Below, piece after piece: positions 35,953-44,779 of a DNA stretch of 60,762 nucleotides. Each line of letters starts with the position of its first letter. Within the stretch, counting starts at the first letter, position 1. Under the pieces are notes generated by a model that saw only the letters and a program-made list of their open reading frames with translations, did not search any database and was not told where the DNA came from. A program made the position numbers and the translations under genes. The stretch is from Candidatus Hadarchaeales archaeon (GTDB lineage Archaea; Hadarchaeota; Hadarchaeia; Hadarchaeales; JAWBSP01): NCBI GenBank assembly GCA_038842485.1, contig JAWBSP010000002.1, forward strand, positions 1 to 60,762, read 5' to 3'.

Positions 35953-37821
35953 ATGGCGCTCCTGAAGGAAATCATCTTGGAGAATTTCATGAGCTACAAG
36001 TATGCTCGGATACCCCTACGACCGGGTCTGAACATCATCTGCGGGCCGAACGGGGCGGGAAAGTCCTCCATCCTTCTGGGACTAGCAGTGGCCCTCGGTC
36101 AGTCTTACACGGAGCGTTCTAGAAGGTTGGGGGAGCTGGTCAGAAGGGGGGAGAGTATTGGGAGGGTGACGGTGGTTTTCGACAACTCGCCCAGAAATGG
36201 TTCGAGACCCCTCCCAGATTTCAAATCCGATCAGATCGTTCTCTCTAGGTATCTAAGGAGGGACGGGACTTACTGGCAGGAACTCAACAACCGCAGCGTG
36301 CTGAAGGGGGAAGTTGAGCGCCTGCTTCAGCGTCTCCATCTGAACCCCGACAACATGCTTATCATCATGCACCAGAACATGATCGACCTCTTCGGGGCTC
36401 TCGATCCTCCGCAGCGCCTGCAGTTGGTGGAGGAGGCGGTGGGGATGAAGAACTACCGGGAGATGATCCTCCAAGCCCGTGAGAAGCTCTCCCACACCCT
36501 AAGCGAGGAGCAGGCCATCAAGAGCATGCTTGAGCGAGCGCAGGAAACGCTGAAGCACTGGGAGGCTGAGTACCAGAGGCTTCTGAGAAAGCGGGAACTC
36601 CAAGAAAGCAAGCGAAGGCTCGAGCTGGAACATGCCTGGGCGAAGTACCAGCGGAGGGAGGAGGAGGCAGCGGAACTGAAGAGGAAGATCTCGGATCTGA
36701 AGCGGGAGCTAGCCGAAATACTTCAGGGGCTGGAGGCAGGAACGAGGGAGGAGGCAGATTTAAAGGAGGAGCTCGGGAGGCTGGAGTTTGAACTGGATTC
36801 CGCTTATCAGGCCCTCATTCTCCTCGAGCGGAGGAGGGTGGAGGCCGAAACAAGGGCCAAACTTCTGGAAGGGCTGAAGCTGCAGGGAGTGGAGCGGGAG
36901 CTTGAGAGAGCCAAGGCCACCCTGCCTGAGGTGGACGGAGAAATAGAGGAGAAGAGGTCCGAGGTCTCAAGGGTCAAACAGCTACTCTCGAAGCGAAGGG
37001 AGGAATACGTGAACTGCAGGGTTAGACTGGCAGTTCTGGAGTTCAGGAAGGGCTTGGTGGAGGGAGAAGTCTCCACCCTTCAGTCCGATCTCAGAAGGGT
37101 TCAGGAGGAACTGGCGGAACTGCGGGTTGAAGCCGAGAAGGTTGGACCGCGAGTGAAGACCAGCAGGAAGCCGGCGGAGGTTCTGGATGAACTCAGGCTG
37201 GTGAACGCTCAGCTCGCCAGTCTCGCGGATGTCTCAGAGGACGCGGAGAAAATGTACATGAGCTACCAAGAAACCCTAAAGGAGCTCGAGGAGAAGAGCA
37301 GGATAGCCGCCAAGAACCGAGAGAGGGCACTCCAGGAATTGGAGCTCAGGAAGCGGAGGTGGCAAACGGAGTTGGAAAAGCTCCTCAAGGAGGTGAGGGT
37401 GAGCTTCAACCGTTTACTGGAGCGGGTAGGGGGGAGGGGTGATCTGGTTCTCTCTCACCCGGAAGACATAGAGGAGTCGGGGCTGGAGATATACGTGGGG
37501 TTTGGGGGGGCCGAGCCACATCTTCTGGATGCCTACACGCAGAGCGGGGGGGAGAGAACGACTGCCATCATGTGTTTCATGCTCGCTCTGCAGAACCGTA
37601 TCAAGTCTCCCCTCAGGGCGGTGGACGAGTTCGAGGCCCATTTGGATCCACATAAGAGGGAGGAGCTGATGAGGGGAATAATGGAGGTCTGTGGGGAGGG
37701 GGAGAATCAGTACCTCCTCATCACTCCAGGCTGGCTCAGTGGTCTGCAGAAGGTTTCGAACGTGGTGGTGGTTCAGAACGTCGGCGGGGTTTCCGAGGTG
37801 AAAATAGTTGAAGCCGACTGA
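35953..37821 (+). CDS. Short hinge-less SMC-family ATPase with Smc5/6-like head (622 aa)
   Basis: 'ILENFMSYKY..LNIICGPNGAGKSSILLGLAVALG' (Walker A), 'IIMHQNMIDLF' (Q-loop) and about 300 aa of E/L/R/K heptad-rich coiled coil without a globular hinge. C-terminal 'QSGGERTTAIMCFMLALQ....LRAVDEFEAHLD' gives the signature and Walker B. Confidence 0.8.
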   Translation: MALLKEIILENFMSYKYARIPLRPGLNIICGPNGAGKSSILLGLAVALGQSYTERSRRLGELVRRGESIGRVTVVFDNSPRNGSRPLPDFKSDQIVLSRYLRRDGTYWQELNNRSVLKGEVERLLQRLHLNPDNMLIIMHQNMIDLFGALDPPQRLQLVEEAVGMKNYREMILQAREKLSHTLSEEQAIKSMLERAQETLKHWEAEYQRLLRKRELQESKRRLELEHAWAKYQRREEEAAELKRKISDLKRELAEILQGLEAGTREEADLKEELGRLEFELDSAYQALILLERRRVEAETRAKLLEGLKLQGVERELERAKATLPEVDGEIEEKRSEVSRVKQLLSKRREEYVNCRVRLAVLEFRKGLVEGEVSTLQSDLRRVQEELAELRVEAEKVGPRVKTSRKPAEVLDELRLVNAQLASLADVSEDAEKMYMSYQETLKELEEKSRIAAKNRERALQELELRKRRWQTELEKLLKEVRVSFNRLLERVGGRGDLVLSHPEDIEESGLEIYVGFGGAEPHLLDAYTQSGGERTTAIMCFMLALQNRIKSPLRAVDEFEAHLDPHKREELMRGIMEVCGEGENQYLLITPGWLSGLQKVSNVVVVQNVGGVSEVKIVEAD

Positions 37822-38557
37822 GCGCAGGGATTTGATCCTGAGGATCATAGATCTTTGCGAATCGGTCAGCAAGAAGGGGCTGAACCCTTTTGATGTGAAG
37901 GTAAGGGAACTCTTTGACAGGTTGAGGGAGCTGCTTCCCCTGCTCAAGAAGCATGAGGAGCTTTACCTGGATCTTCAAGCCGTTTTGGGGCTCTCCGAGG
38001 TGGTCTACCAGCAAGGGGAGTGGATTAAACATCGCTCCTCCCTCCTTTACCTCGACCCCTTCCTAGTTCTCCTCAAGCTGCAGGCTCTTTCGCCAGAGGA
38101 GCTTGCAGAGATTTTTGTGAGGTCTTGGCATCCGGTGCTTGAGCTGGAGTGCCTCACGACGAACGGGCTGAGGGAGGGACACGACTACTGGAGGCTCCTT
38201 CCCAGTCTGGAGGAGAGACTGAGGGGACCCGTGGTTGCGGAAATCCGACCTGGCATGATGGAGAGGGAGGAGCTTGAGCGGATGGGTTTCCTGCCCAAGG
38301 AGCTCTTTGAGGAAATGCTCGAGCAGCTTTGGATGGAGTTGAGGAAGAAGGGCAAAGTTTCCTATTGGCAGTTCGTGAAGGGAAGAGACTACACGGAGAC
38401 GGTTAGAAGAGCGTATCTGCTCAGCTTCTTGATTACTTACGGGAGGGCCGCGGTGGAGGTGGATCCCATCAAGGAGGAGATAAAGGTGGAGGCTAGGGAG
38501 GAGCCGGAGCGGAGAAGGGAAACGTGCTCCCTGCCCATCTCCATTTCACCCCCATAG
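37808..38557 (+). CDS. Kleisin-like (ScpA/Nse4-like) protein; TTG start (37808 or 37832) uncertain
   Basis: Translationally coupled to the SMC-like gene. C-terminal 'VSYWQFVKGRDYTETVRRAYLLSFLITYGRAAVEVDP' resembles the kleisin C-terminal winged helix. N-terminal helical segment 'FDVKVRELFDRLRELL'. Assignment is by pattern and context only. Confidence 0.45.
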   Translation: MKPTERRDLILRIIDLCESVSKKGLNPFDVKVRELFDRLRELLPLLKKHEELYLDLQAVLGLSEVVYQQGEWIKHRSSLLYLDPFLVLLKLQALSPEELAEIFVRSWHPVLELECLTTNGLREGHDYWRLLPSLEERLRGPVVAEIRPGMMEREELERMGFLPKELFEEMLEQLWMELRKKGKVSYWQFVKGRDYTETVRRAYLLSFLITYGRAAVEVDPIKEEIKVEAREEPERRRETCSLPISISPP

Positions 38558-39112
38558 ATGGAGGAGACGGAAGCAGAACTCAGGGAGAAGATGGCGAGGG
38601 CCATGCAGCTTCTCTGTTTCAAGCATCACATGGAGCCTGGAGCTAAGGCTTGGGAGCTGAGACATGCGCTGGGCAAGAATTACGAGCAAGTTCTGAAGGC
38701 CCTTCAGGTGGAGCTTGAGAGGCTGGGGCTTACCATAAAAAAAGTTCCCTCTGGAGGGGAGACGGAGTCCGACCGGTACTTTGTGACTCTTCGTGGATCT
38801 CCCCCGCTCGCGGCGGCCAGGACCTATGGATGGAGGGTGGATGAGATGGGGATGCTGACGGCCATCCTTGCGCAGCTTCTGGTGAAGGGCGGGAAGATTC
38901 CCCTGAAGGAGGTCGTGCAGCTGCTTGAAGAGAAGTTCCCGAAGTTTAGGGTGGACATGGCGGTTGAGAAATTCATAAGGAGGGGATATCTGGAGGAGGA
39001 CGAGGAAGGGATGTTGTACTTGGGCTGGCGGACGAGAGCAGAGGTGGATGAAAAGACCCTGATGGGGCTGCTGCTGGGGAAGACGCCCTCGGGGGAGAAA
39101 AAGAGCGAGTGA
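38558..39112 (+). CDS. Tandem winged-helix 'kite' protein, MAGE/Nse3-like (alternatively ScpB-like)
   Basis: WH-A-like 'AMQLLCFKHHMEPGAKAWELRHALGKNYEQVLKALQVELERLGLTIKKV...DRYFVTL'. WH-B-like 'GMLTAILAQLLVKGGKIPLKEVVQLLEE...FIRRGYLEEDEEGMLYLGWRTRAEVDEKTLMGLL', compared with the MAGE '..YLEY...YEFLWGPRA.aE..K..vL.F'. Starts 1 nt after the kleisin-like stop. Confidence 0.5.
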   Translation: MEETEAELREKMARAMQLLCFKHHMEPGAKAWELRHALGKNYEQVLKALQVELERLGLTIKKVPSGGETESDRYFVTLRGSPPLAAARTYGWRVDEMGMLTAILAQLLVKGGKIPLKEVVQLLEEKFPKFRVDMAVEKFIRRGYLEEDEEGMLYLGWRTRAEVDEKTLMGLLLGKTPSGEKKSE

Positions 39113-39114
39113 GT

Positions 39115-39333
39115 TCAGACGAATACGGATTTGCCCACCAGCTCCTTCAGCTGGATGCCCTTGGCGGGCTTGATTTTCACATACGGATGCTTGACCGGCC
39201 CGAAAATATCCGTGACATTTCCTATTCTCCTACCCTCCCTGTCTAGGACTGGTTGCCCCATCCGTGGCTCAATCTCAAACTTACAGATCCCTCCCGTTGG
39301 CGTGACATGCAGGAGCTTACCAGCCGCTTTCAC
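39115..39333 (-). CDS. gar1: H/ACA RNP protein Gar1
   Basis: 'GKLLHVTPTGGICKFE...VLDREGRRIGNVTDIFGPVKHPYVKIKP' is the Gar1 barrel signature. Confidence 0.85.
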   Translation of the reverse strand: MKAAGKLLHVTPTGGICKFEIEPRMGQPVLDREGRRIGNVTDIFGPVKHPYVKIKPAKGIQLKELVGKSVFV

Positions 39334-39713
39334 TTCTCTTCCAACAGCACCGCGTTGAGCACAGGCTCCTGACCGGGCCTGCTGGTTACCCTTGCCTTCC
39401 CCACTTCCGTCAGAATGATGGCTCCCTTGGTAATGGTCTCCGTTCTCACAAAGTCTCTGTTGGCGGGATTCTCTAGGACCGAGAGGATTTTTGCCCTCCT
39501 TGTTCTTCCATGCGAATCTGAGACGTTGGCGAACTCCACCGAGAGCAGGCGTATTTTCCTCCTCCCGCCTTTCCCCTTTTCCACAACCCTTTTCGTCGGA
39601 CCCGGATGGGTGGGGATGAAATCCCTTCCCATTTCTCTCCTCCTCTTGCCCCTGCTGATCCGCCTTCGGCCGCCAGTAGGCTTCTTAAGTGATCTGCCAT
39701 GCCAGAGAGACAT
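39330..39713 (-). CDS. rps8e: 30S ribosomal protein S8e (eS8)
   Basis: 'MSLWHGRSLKKPTGGRRRISRGKRRREMGRD' is the eS8 N-terminus. The internal Met at 39713 gives the normal ~127 aa. Confidence 0.9.
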   Translation of the reverse strand: MSLWHGRSLKKPTGGRRRISRGKRRREMGRDFIPTHPGPTKRVVEKGKGGRRKIRLLSVEFANVSDSHGRTRRAKILSVLENPANRDFVRTETITKGAIILTEVGKARVTSRPGQEPVLNAVLLEEK

Positions 39714-39763
39714 TATTCCTCTTATGCTATTCAGTAAAAAGGGAGCCACTCTGTCTCACCGAA

Positions 39764-40255
39764 TCAAGTGGAGAAGGAGAAAACGATTGAGTTTGAGGGT
39801 TTGTGTATCAGGGTCAGTCCCCCGATGTCTGTAAGTCTCACGTTTTCCCTCCCCTCCAGTCTGAGGAGGAATTTGCCGAGCCTGATCTGCTCGCCAGAGG
39901 ACCAAATGGTCAGAACTCCCCATTCCGGGCCCTCACCCGTTGCCATTGCCAGTCCGCCGGTCGAGAGGTTTTCTGCCCGTAACCTAACTCTCTGCCTAAC
40001 CGCCCCGTTCTCTAAGGTTCCTTCCAAAATCATCGACAGGTCACTAGCTCGCAGGAATTCTCCCCCTTGGTGCAGGAAGGTGAGCTCGGTCACGTTCTCC
40101 CACACTTGGAGGCCTACTAACTGCACGGGGACACAAGGAGCGGGGCTGGGCCAAATCCCCGTTGCACCCCTCACCACCAGCATGAAAAGGGCTGTCATGA
40201 CCATAACCACCGCGAGCAGCAGGGAGACCGCGACTACTGGGGAGACCCCTCTCAT
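39764..40255 (-). CDS. Archaeal type IV pilin N-terminal domain (DUF1628/Pilin_N-like) protein
   Basis: 'MRGVSPVVAVSLLLAVVMVMTALFMLVV' is the typical R-G-V-S-P-V-(I/V) prepilin-like N-terminus. ATGA overlap with the upstream gene. Confidence 0.65.
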   Translation of the reverse strand: MRGVSPVVAVSLLLAVVMVMTALFMLVVRGATGIWPSPAPCVPVQLVGLQVWENVTELTFLHQGGEFLRASDLSMILEGTLENGAVRQRVRLRAENLSTGGLAMATGEGPEWGVLTIWSSGEQIRLGKFLLRLEGRENVRLTDIGGLTLIHKPSNSIVFSFST

Positions 40256-41007
40256 GATCCCACCCTCACCCTCATCCGATAGACCCGTTTGAAGTAGTGT
40301 AGCGGGCCAGGAAGGATGAGTTTCAGGTTTTCCAAGGTCGGTGAATATCCCCGTGCCGCCAGCCAAGAATTCTCCACCAGCAGGTACTCGGTCCAAGCAT
40401 CCTCAGCGGGGCTGTGAAATTCTATGGTGAGGTTTTCACCGCTCTGCACCAAGTTTTCAGACACGAGCAGGTTCTCGCAGATGAGGGTGAGGCTTAGAAC
40501 CCCGGTGCCGGAGATTCGAAAGTTCTCCCCTTCCAGCTCGAAAACTTGATGATATACCTCGTTTTCTCTCACAGCTAGGGCGGCGGGGGGGGAGAGCATG
40601 AGTGCTTCCCCTTCCTGCACCAGCAGGATCGCCCCGTTTTCATAGATGATTTCCATATCCGGGTACCGGTAGTTCTGGGAGCGGAAGAGCAACCTCCCCC
40701 ACGAGTTGTCGAACTGGATGGTCCCCCCCGCGGTTCTCCCCACGACGAAAGGGAGGAAGGGAATGATGCTTGGAACGGGCTCCCCGCCTAGGGAAAGAGG
40801 CACCGTGGCCGTCCCGCCTGGTTGAAGCCTTTCCGCGGCGGTCTGTAGCTGGAGAAAAGCCGTCTTGACCTCTTCCAAGTGTTTGGCCTCCATCTCATGC
40901 AGCGCGTGATTCTGGTAGGTCAAGGAGGTATAGAGGATGGCAGGTATCACAACAGCCAGGACCAGAACTGCCTCGACCACCACCGAAACCCCCTTCTCCT
41001 CTAGCAT
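40252..41007 (-). CDS. Pilin_N-like protein 2
   Basis: 'MLEEKGVSVVVEAVLVLAVVIPAILYTSL' with the internal Met chosen. 7-nt overlap with the upstream gene. Confidence 0.55.
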   Translation of the reverse strand: MLEEKGVSVVVEAVLVLAVVIPAILYTSLTYQNHALHEMEAKHLEEVKTAFLQLQTAAERLQPGGTATVPLSLGGEPVPSIIPFLPFVVGRTAGGTIQFDNSWGRLLFRSQNYRYPDMEIIYENGAILLVQEGEALMLSPPAALAVRENEVYHQVFELEGENFRISGTGVLSLTLICENLLVSENLVQSGENLTIEFHSPAEDAWTEYLLVENSWLAARGYSPTLENLKLILPGPLHYFKRVYRMRVRVGS

Positions 41008-41723
41008 CCCCTCCTCGCCGAGAGCAGGAGGATCCTGTGGATGTAGTTTTCTCCAATTCCCAGCCTCCACCCGTTCTCGAGGTTATCGAGCGAGGCGCCT
41101 CCACCCAGCAGGTTATCCCTCACCCCTTTCAGGTACCTCTCCCAAGCCCAAGGGTATCGGGACCAGATGTAAACATTCTCGCTTTCCTCCGATTCAAGAT
41201 AGTTCTCGACGAAGAGGATGATGGTTGCCCTCCCAGTCCCCGCCAGTTTCTGAAGGGAGTCGGCAATTCTTATCTCCTTGTAAATCAGTCTCCCGTTCTC
41301 AATCGTAAAGATTGAAGGTTCCGACTTCATGATAACGGCCGAGCCCTGTTTCAGAAGAATGGCTCCTCCCTCATAAATCCAAGTTTGCCTTGGATAGATT
41401 GAGCTTCCGGATTCGAAACAGATAGAGCCTGGTAGGTTCTCGTTCTCCGCCCAGAGGGTGCTCGCTCTTTTGGGGGCCGAAACCATAACAGGAAAAGTGG
41501 GGGACATCCTGAAGCTGGCTGTCCTTATTTCCCCGTTTTCCGCCAGCTTGGAGAGAGTGAACTGGAGGTTCCTGAAGTCTTCGTAGACAAGTTGCATGTG
41601 TGCGACCTCCGCCTCCTTTATCAAGTTATAGACGAGGTTTCGATACCAGAGGGCAAAAACCATGAGGAGGACCATGGTGACCATGATGGCAAAGATGATG
41701 ACGGAAACACCCGCTCGCTCCAT
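41001..41723 (-). CDS. Pilin_N-like protein 3
   Basis: 'MERAGVSVIIFAIMVTMVLLMVFALWY'. Met at 41723 avoids overlap with the ileS stop at 41746. Confidence 0.55.
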   Translation of the reverse strand: MERAGVSVIIFAIMVTMVLLMVFALWYRNLVYNLIKEAEVAHMQLVYEDFRNLQFTLSKLAENGEIRTASFRMSPTFPVMVSAPKRASTLWAENENLPGSICFESGSSIYPRQTWIYEGGAILLKQGSAVIMKSEPSIFTIENGRLIYKEIRIADSLQKLAGTGRATIILFVENYLESEESENVYIWSRYPWAWERYLKGVRDNLLGGGASLDNLENGWRLGIGENYIHRILLLSARRGC

Positions 41724-41745
41724 CAAGTAACACAGGCGAGATTTG

Positions 41746-44682
41746 CTATGCCCTACTCTGTTGGTGCGGTATGATGGTGAGGATCCACTTTTCCCCCTCC
41801 ACCTCAAACTCCCTCCGGACTCCGGTCCACTGGGGGGAGGTGGAGAGCCTGAGATTCCGGATTCTGACCTCCTGTTTGATGTAGTCCTCCATCAGGCTTA
41901 TGAGCTTGAGACTTTCCTCCCCCATGCAAGCCTCAGCATCCACTCTCTCCTCCATTTTGAGGGAGAGTTCCCTTCTCATGAGCTGGAGCCTCCTCACCAG
42001 TTCCCTTGCCAGAGCCTCGGCTTTCAGCTCATCGCTCAACTCACAGTCCACGACGACTCTACCCTCCGGACATTCACAAGCAGAAGCTTTTGAGGGGAGG
42101 GGCTTTTCGCCAGGCCTGCATAGCGCAACTTCTTTGCAGTTGAGCATAGTTTTGAGCACATCCTCCAACGGACGGATCTTGTCTAGGATGGCAGGTTCAC
42201 TCTCGATGATGACCGTCCTCACAGGCCACCTCAGCTTCACGCCCGCATTCTGTCGGGCGGAAATCCCCGCTTCCACCAGTTTTCTAACGAGTTCCATGGC
42301 TTCTTCTAACTCTCGATGAATGAGACCCTTGTCGGGTGCTGGCCAGTCGCACATGTGAACACTCTCTCCCCCTTCTAGGTCCCGGTAGATTAGCTCTGTG
42401 AGATGTGGGGTGAAGGGTGCGAGAAGTTTGGAGAGCGTCAGCAGGATTTTGTATAGTGTGAAGTAGGCGGCAGTTTTGGTGGGATCCTCTGTTTCTATCC
42501 AGGTCCTCCTGCGGATGAGCTTGATGTACCACCTGCTGAGATCCTCCTGAATGAAGTCCCTCAGCGCTCTGGTGGCAAGGTGCAGTTCATACCTCTCGAG
42601 CGCGGAGGTCACCTCCTCTATCAGGTTTTGGAGTCTGGAGAGAATCCAGAGATCCTCCTTTCTGAGGTGTCGCTGAATCTCCTCTCCTACGGTTTCTGGG
42701 TCAAAGGAGTCGAGGGACATGTAGGTGGTAGCGAAGACATGCACATTCCAGAAAGTGTTGAGAAGTCTGCGAGCCTCCATCACTCCCCTCATGCTAAACT
42801 TCAGATCCTCCCAAGGAGGATTGGAGGAGAGCACGTAAAACCTGAGGGCATCGGCACCGTACTTCTCGGCAACCTCCAACGGCTCTATTACGTTCCCCAG
42901 CGATTTGGACATTTTCCTTCCATGCTCGTCAAGCGCGAACCCGTGCATGAGTACGGATCGGTAGGGCACCTCTCCAAACGCCGCTATCGAAGAGACCTGC
43001 TGGGCGTAGAACCACTTGGTTACTTGGTCCTCCCCCTCTGTGATGAATTCGCTCGGCCACGGCCAGAGTTGGGAAGTTCCAGCAGGGTAGTTTAGAGAAG
43101 CCCAAGCAGCGATGCTGGAGTCAAACCAGACATCCAGCACATCCGGTACTCTCCGCATCTCACCACCACACTCGCACCTCAGCACGATGCTGTCCACATC
43201 CGGGCGGTGCAGGCTCTTGGGCTCAGCACCTCTCTCCCTCAGCTCCCGTCTGCTCTCGATAAATAACTCCCTTCCACACCTTTCGCAGACCCAGAGGGGA
43301 ATGGGGATACCCCAGTATCTCTGTCTCGAGAGGCACCAGTCCCCCACCGACTCCACCCCGTTGACGTACCTCTCCTTCACCCAAGCGGGGAACCAGTTCA
43401 CCTCCTCGTTCTTCTGGAGCAGGAGCGGTTTGAGAAGCGAACTACAGAGGAACCACTGTTCGGTGGCCCTGAAGAGGAGGGGAGTGTGGCACCGCCAGCA
43501 GTGTGGGTAGGAGTGAACGATGGTTCCCCTCTTTACCAAAACTCCTTTACGCTGGAGGTCGGAGAGAATCATCTCGTCTGCATCTTTGACGTACAATCCT
43601 GCGTATTTGCCAGCCTCCTCCGTGAATCTCCCCCTCCCGTCCACCGGACAAAAGGGGGGCAAATTGTATCTGATTCCAACCTCGAAGTCCTCCTCACCGT
43701 GTCCTGGGGCGGTGTGTACGCATCCCGTTCCCTCCTCAAGCGTGACATGATCTCCAAGGATGACCATGTGTTTGAACTCCCGCTGTTTGGGAACCTCCTC
43801 CACCATGGGGTGCTCATACTCCAACCCCTCCAGCTCGGCACCCTTCTTTCTGTCCACCACTCTATACTCCCAGCCCAACTCGGTGGTCACCTTCTCCAGT
43901 AGCCCCTCGGCCAAAATGTAACGCTCGCCCGCAACCTCGATTTCAACGTATACAAACTCTGGGTGCACACAGACGGCGAGGTCGGCTGGGAGGGTCCAAG
44001 GAGTGGTGGTCCAAACTAGAAGGTATCGATTTTTCTCCCCCTTGAGTTTGAATCTCAGGTAGACAGAGGGGTCGCTTCGGTCTTGGTACTCACCTCTAAC
44101 CTCGTGCTCCGCCAGGGCTGTTTCGCATCTGGGGCACCAGTGGATGACTCTGAGCGCTTTCCTTAGTAGATTTTTCTCATGAGCCCTTTTGAGCGTCCAC
44201 CAAGCACACTCGATGTAATCGTCCGTCAGGGTGAGGTACGGCTTGTCCCAGTCCATCCAAATTCCAAGTCTCTTGAACTCCTCGCTCATGGTTTTGACAT
44301 GTTTCAGTGCCCAAGATCTGCACTCCTCCACGAACCTCCCGATTCCAATTTTCTCCTCGATCTCCTTCTTCGAGCCGATTCCCAGGAGTTCCTCAACCTT
44401 CACCTCGATGGGCAGCCCGTGACAGTCCCATCCCGGTTGTCTCCTGACGTTGTAACCCCTCATGGTTCTGTACCTGAGGACGGTGTCCTTGATGATCTTG
44501 TTCCAGGCCGTCCCGAGGTGGATGGAACCACTTGCGTAGGGGGGACCGTCCAAAAAGTACCAGAGGGGTCCCTTCGAGCGCATCCTTTTTACCTTCTCAT
44601 AGATGTTCTCCTCCTCCCACCTCCGCTGGATTTCTCTTTCTTCCTCCGGTCCACTGTATTTTCCCGCAGGTTTGATCTTCAT
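41746..44682 (-). CDS. ileS: Isoleucine--tRNA ligase
   Basis: 978 aa with 'PPYASGSIHLGTAWNK' (HIGH region), 'KMSKSLGN' (KMSKS), a CP1 editing domain and zinc-binding CxxC pairs. Confidence 0.97.
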   Translation of the reverse strand: MKIKPAGKYSGPEEEREIQRRWEEENIYEKVKRMRSKGPLWYFLDGPPYASGSIHLGTAWNKIIKDTVLRYRTMRGYNVRRQPGWDCHGLPIEVKVEELLGIGSKKEIEEKIGIGRFVEECRSWALKHVKTMSEEFKRLGIWMDWDKPYLTLTDDYIECAWWTLKRAHEKNLLRKALRVIHWCPRCETALAEHEVRGEYQDRSDPSVYLRFKLKGEKNRYLLVWTTTPWTLPADLAVCVHPEFVYVEIEVAGERYILAEGLLEKVTTELGWEYRVVDRKKGAELEGLEYEHPMVEEVPKQREFKHMVILGDHVTLEEGTGCVHTAPGHGEEDFEVGIRYNLPPFCPVDGRGRFTEEAGKYAGLYVKDADEMILSDLQRKGVLVKRGTIVHSYPHCWRCHTPLLFRATEQWFLCSSLLKPLLLQKNEEVNWFPAWVKERYVNGVESVGDWCLSRQRYWGIPIPLWVCERCGRELFIESRRELRERGAEPKSLHRPDVDSIVLRCECGGEMRRVPDVLDVWFDSSIAAWASLNYPAGTSQLWPWPSEFITEGEDQVTKWFYAQQVSSIAAFGEVPYRSVLMHGFALDEHGRKMSKSLGNVIEPLEVAEKYGADALRFYVLSSNPPWEDLKFSMRGVMEARRLLNTFWNVHVFATTYMSLDSFDPETVGEEIQRHLRKEDLWILSRLQNLIEEVTSALERYELHLATRALRDFIQEDLSRWYIKLIRRRTWIETEDPTKTAAYFTLYKILLTLSKLLAPFTPHLTELIYRDLEGGESVHMCDWPAPDKGLIHRELEEAMELVRKLVEAGISARQNAGVKLRWPVRTVIIESEPAILDKIRPLEDVLKTMLNCKEVALCRPGEKPLPSKASACECPEGRVVVDCELSDELKAEALARELVRRLQLMRRELSLKMEERVDAEACMGEESLKLISLMEDYIKQEVRIRNLRLSTSPQWTGVRREFEVEGEKWILTIIPHQQSRA

Positions 44683-44779
44683 TTGACTGTTATGCGTCTG
44701 GGCTTATTTTTGGATGTCTCCGAACCATTTCCCAGAAGTATCCGATTAAGCGAGGAGAATTCTTGAGAGAGTAGACCGG

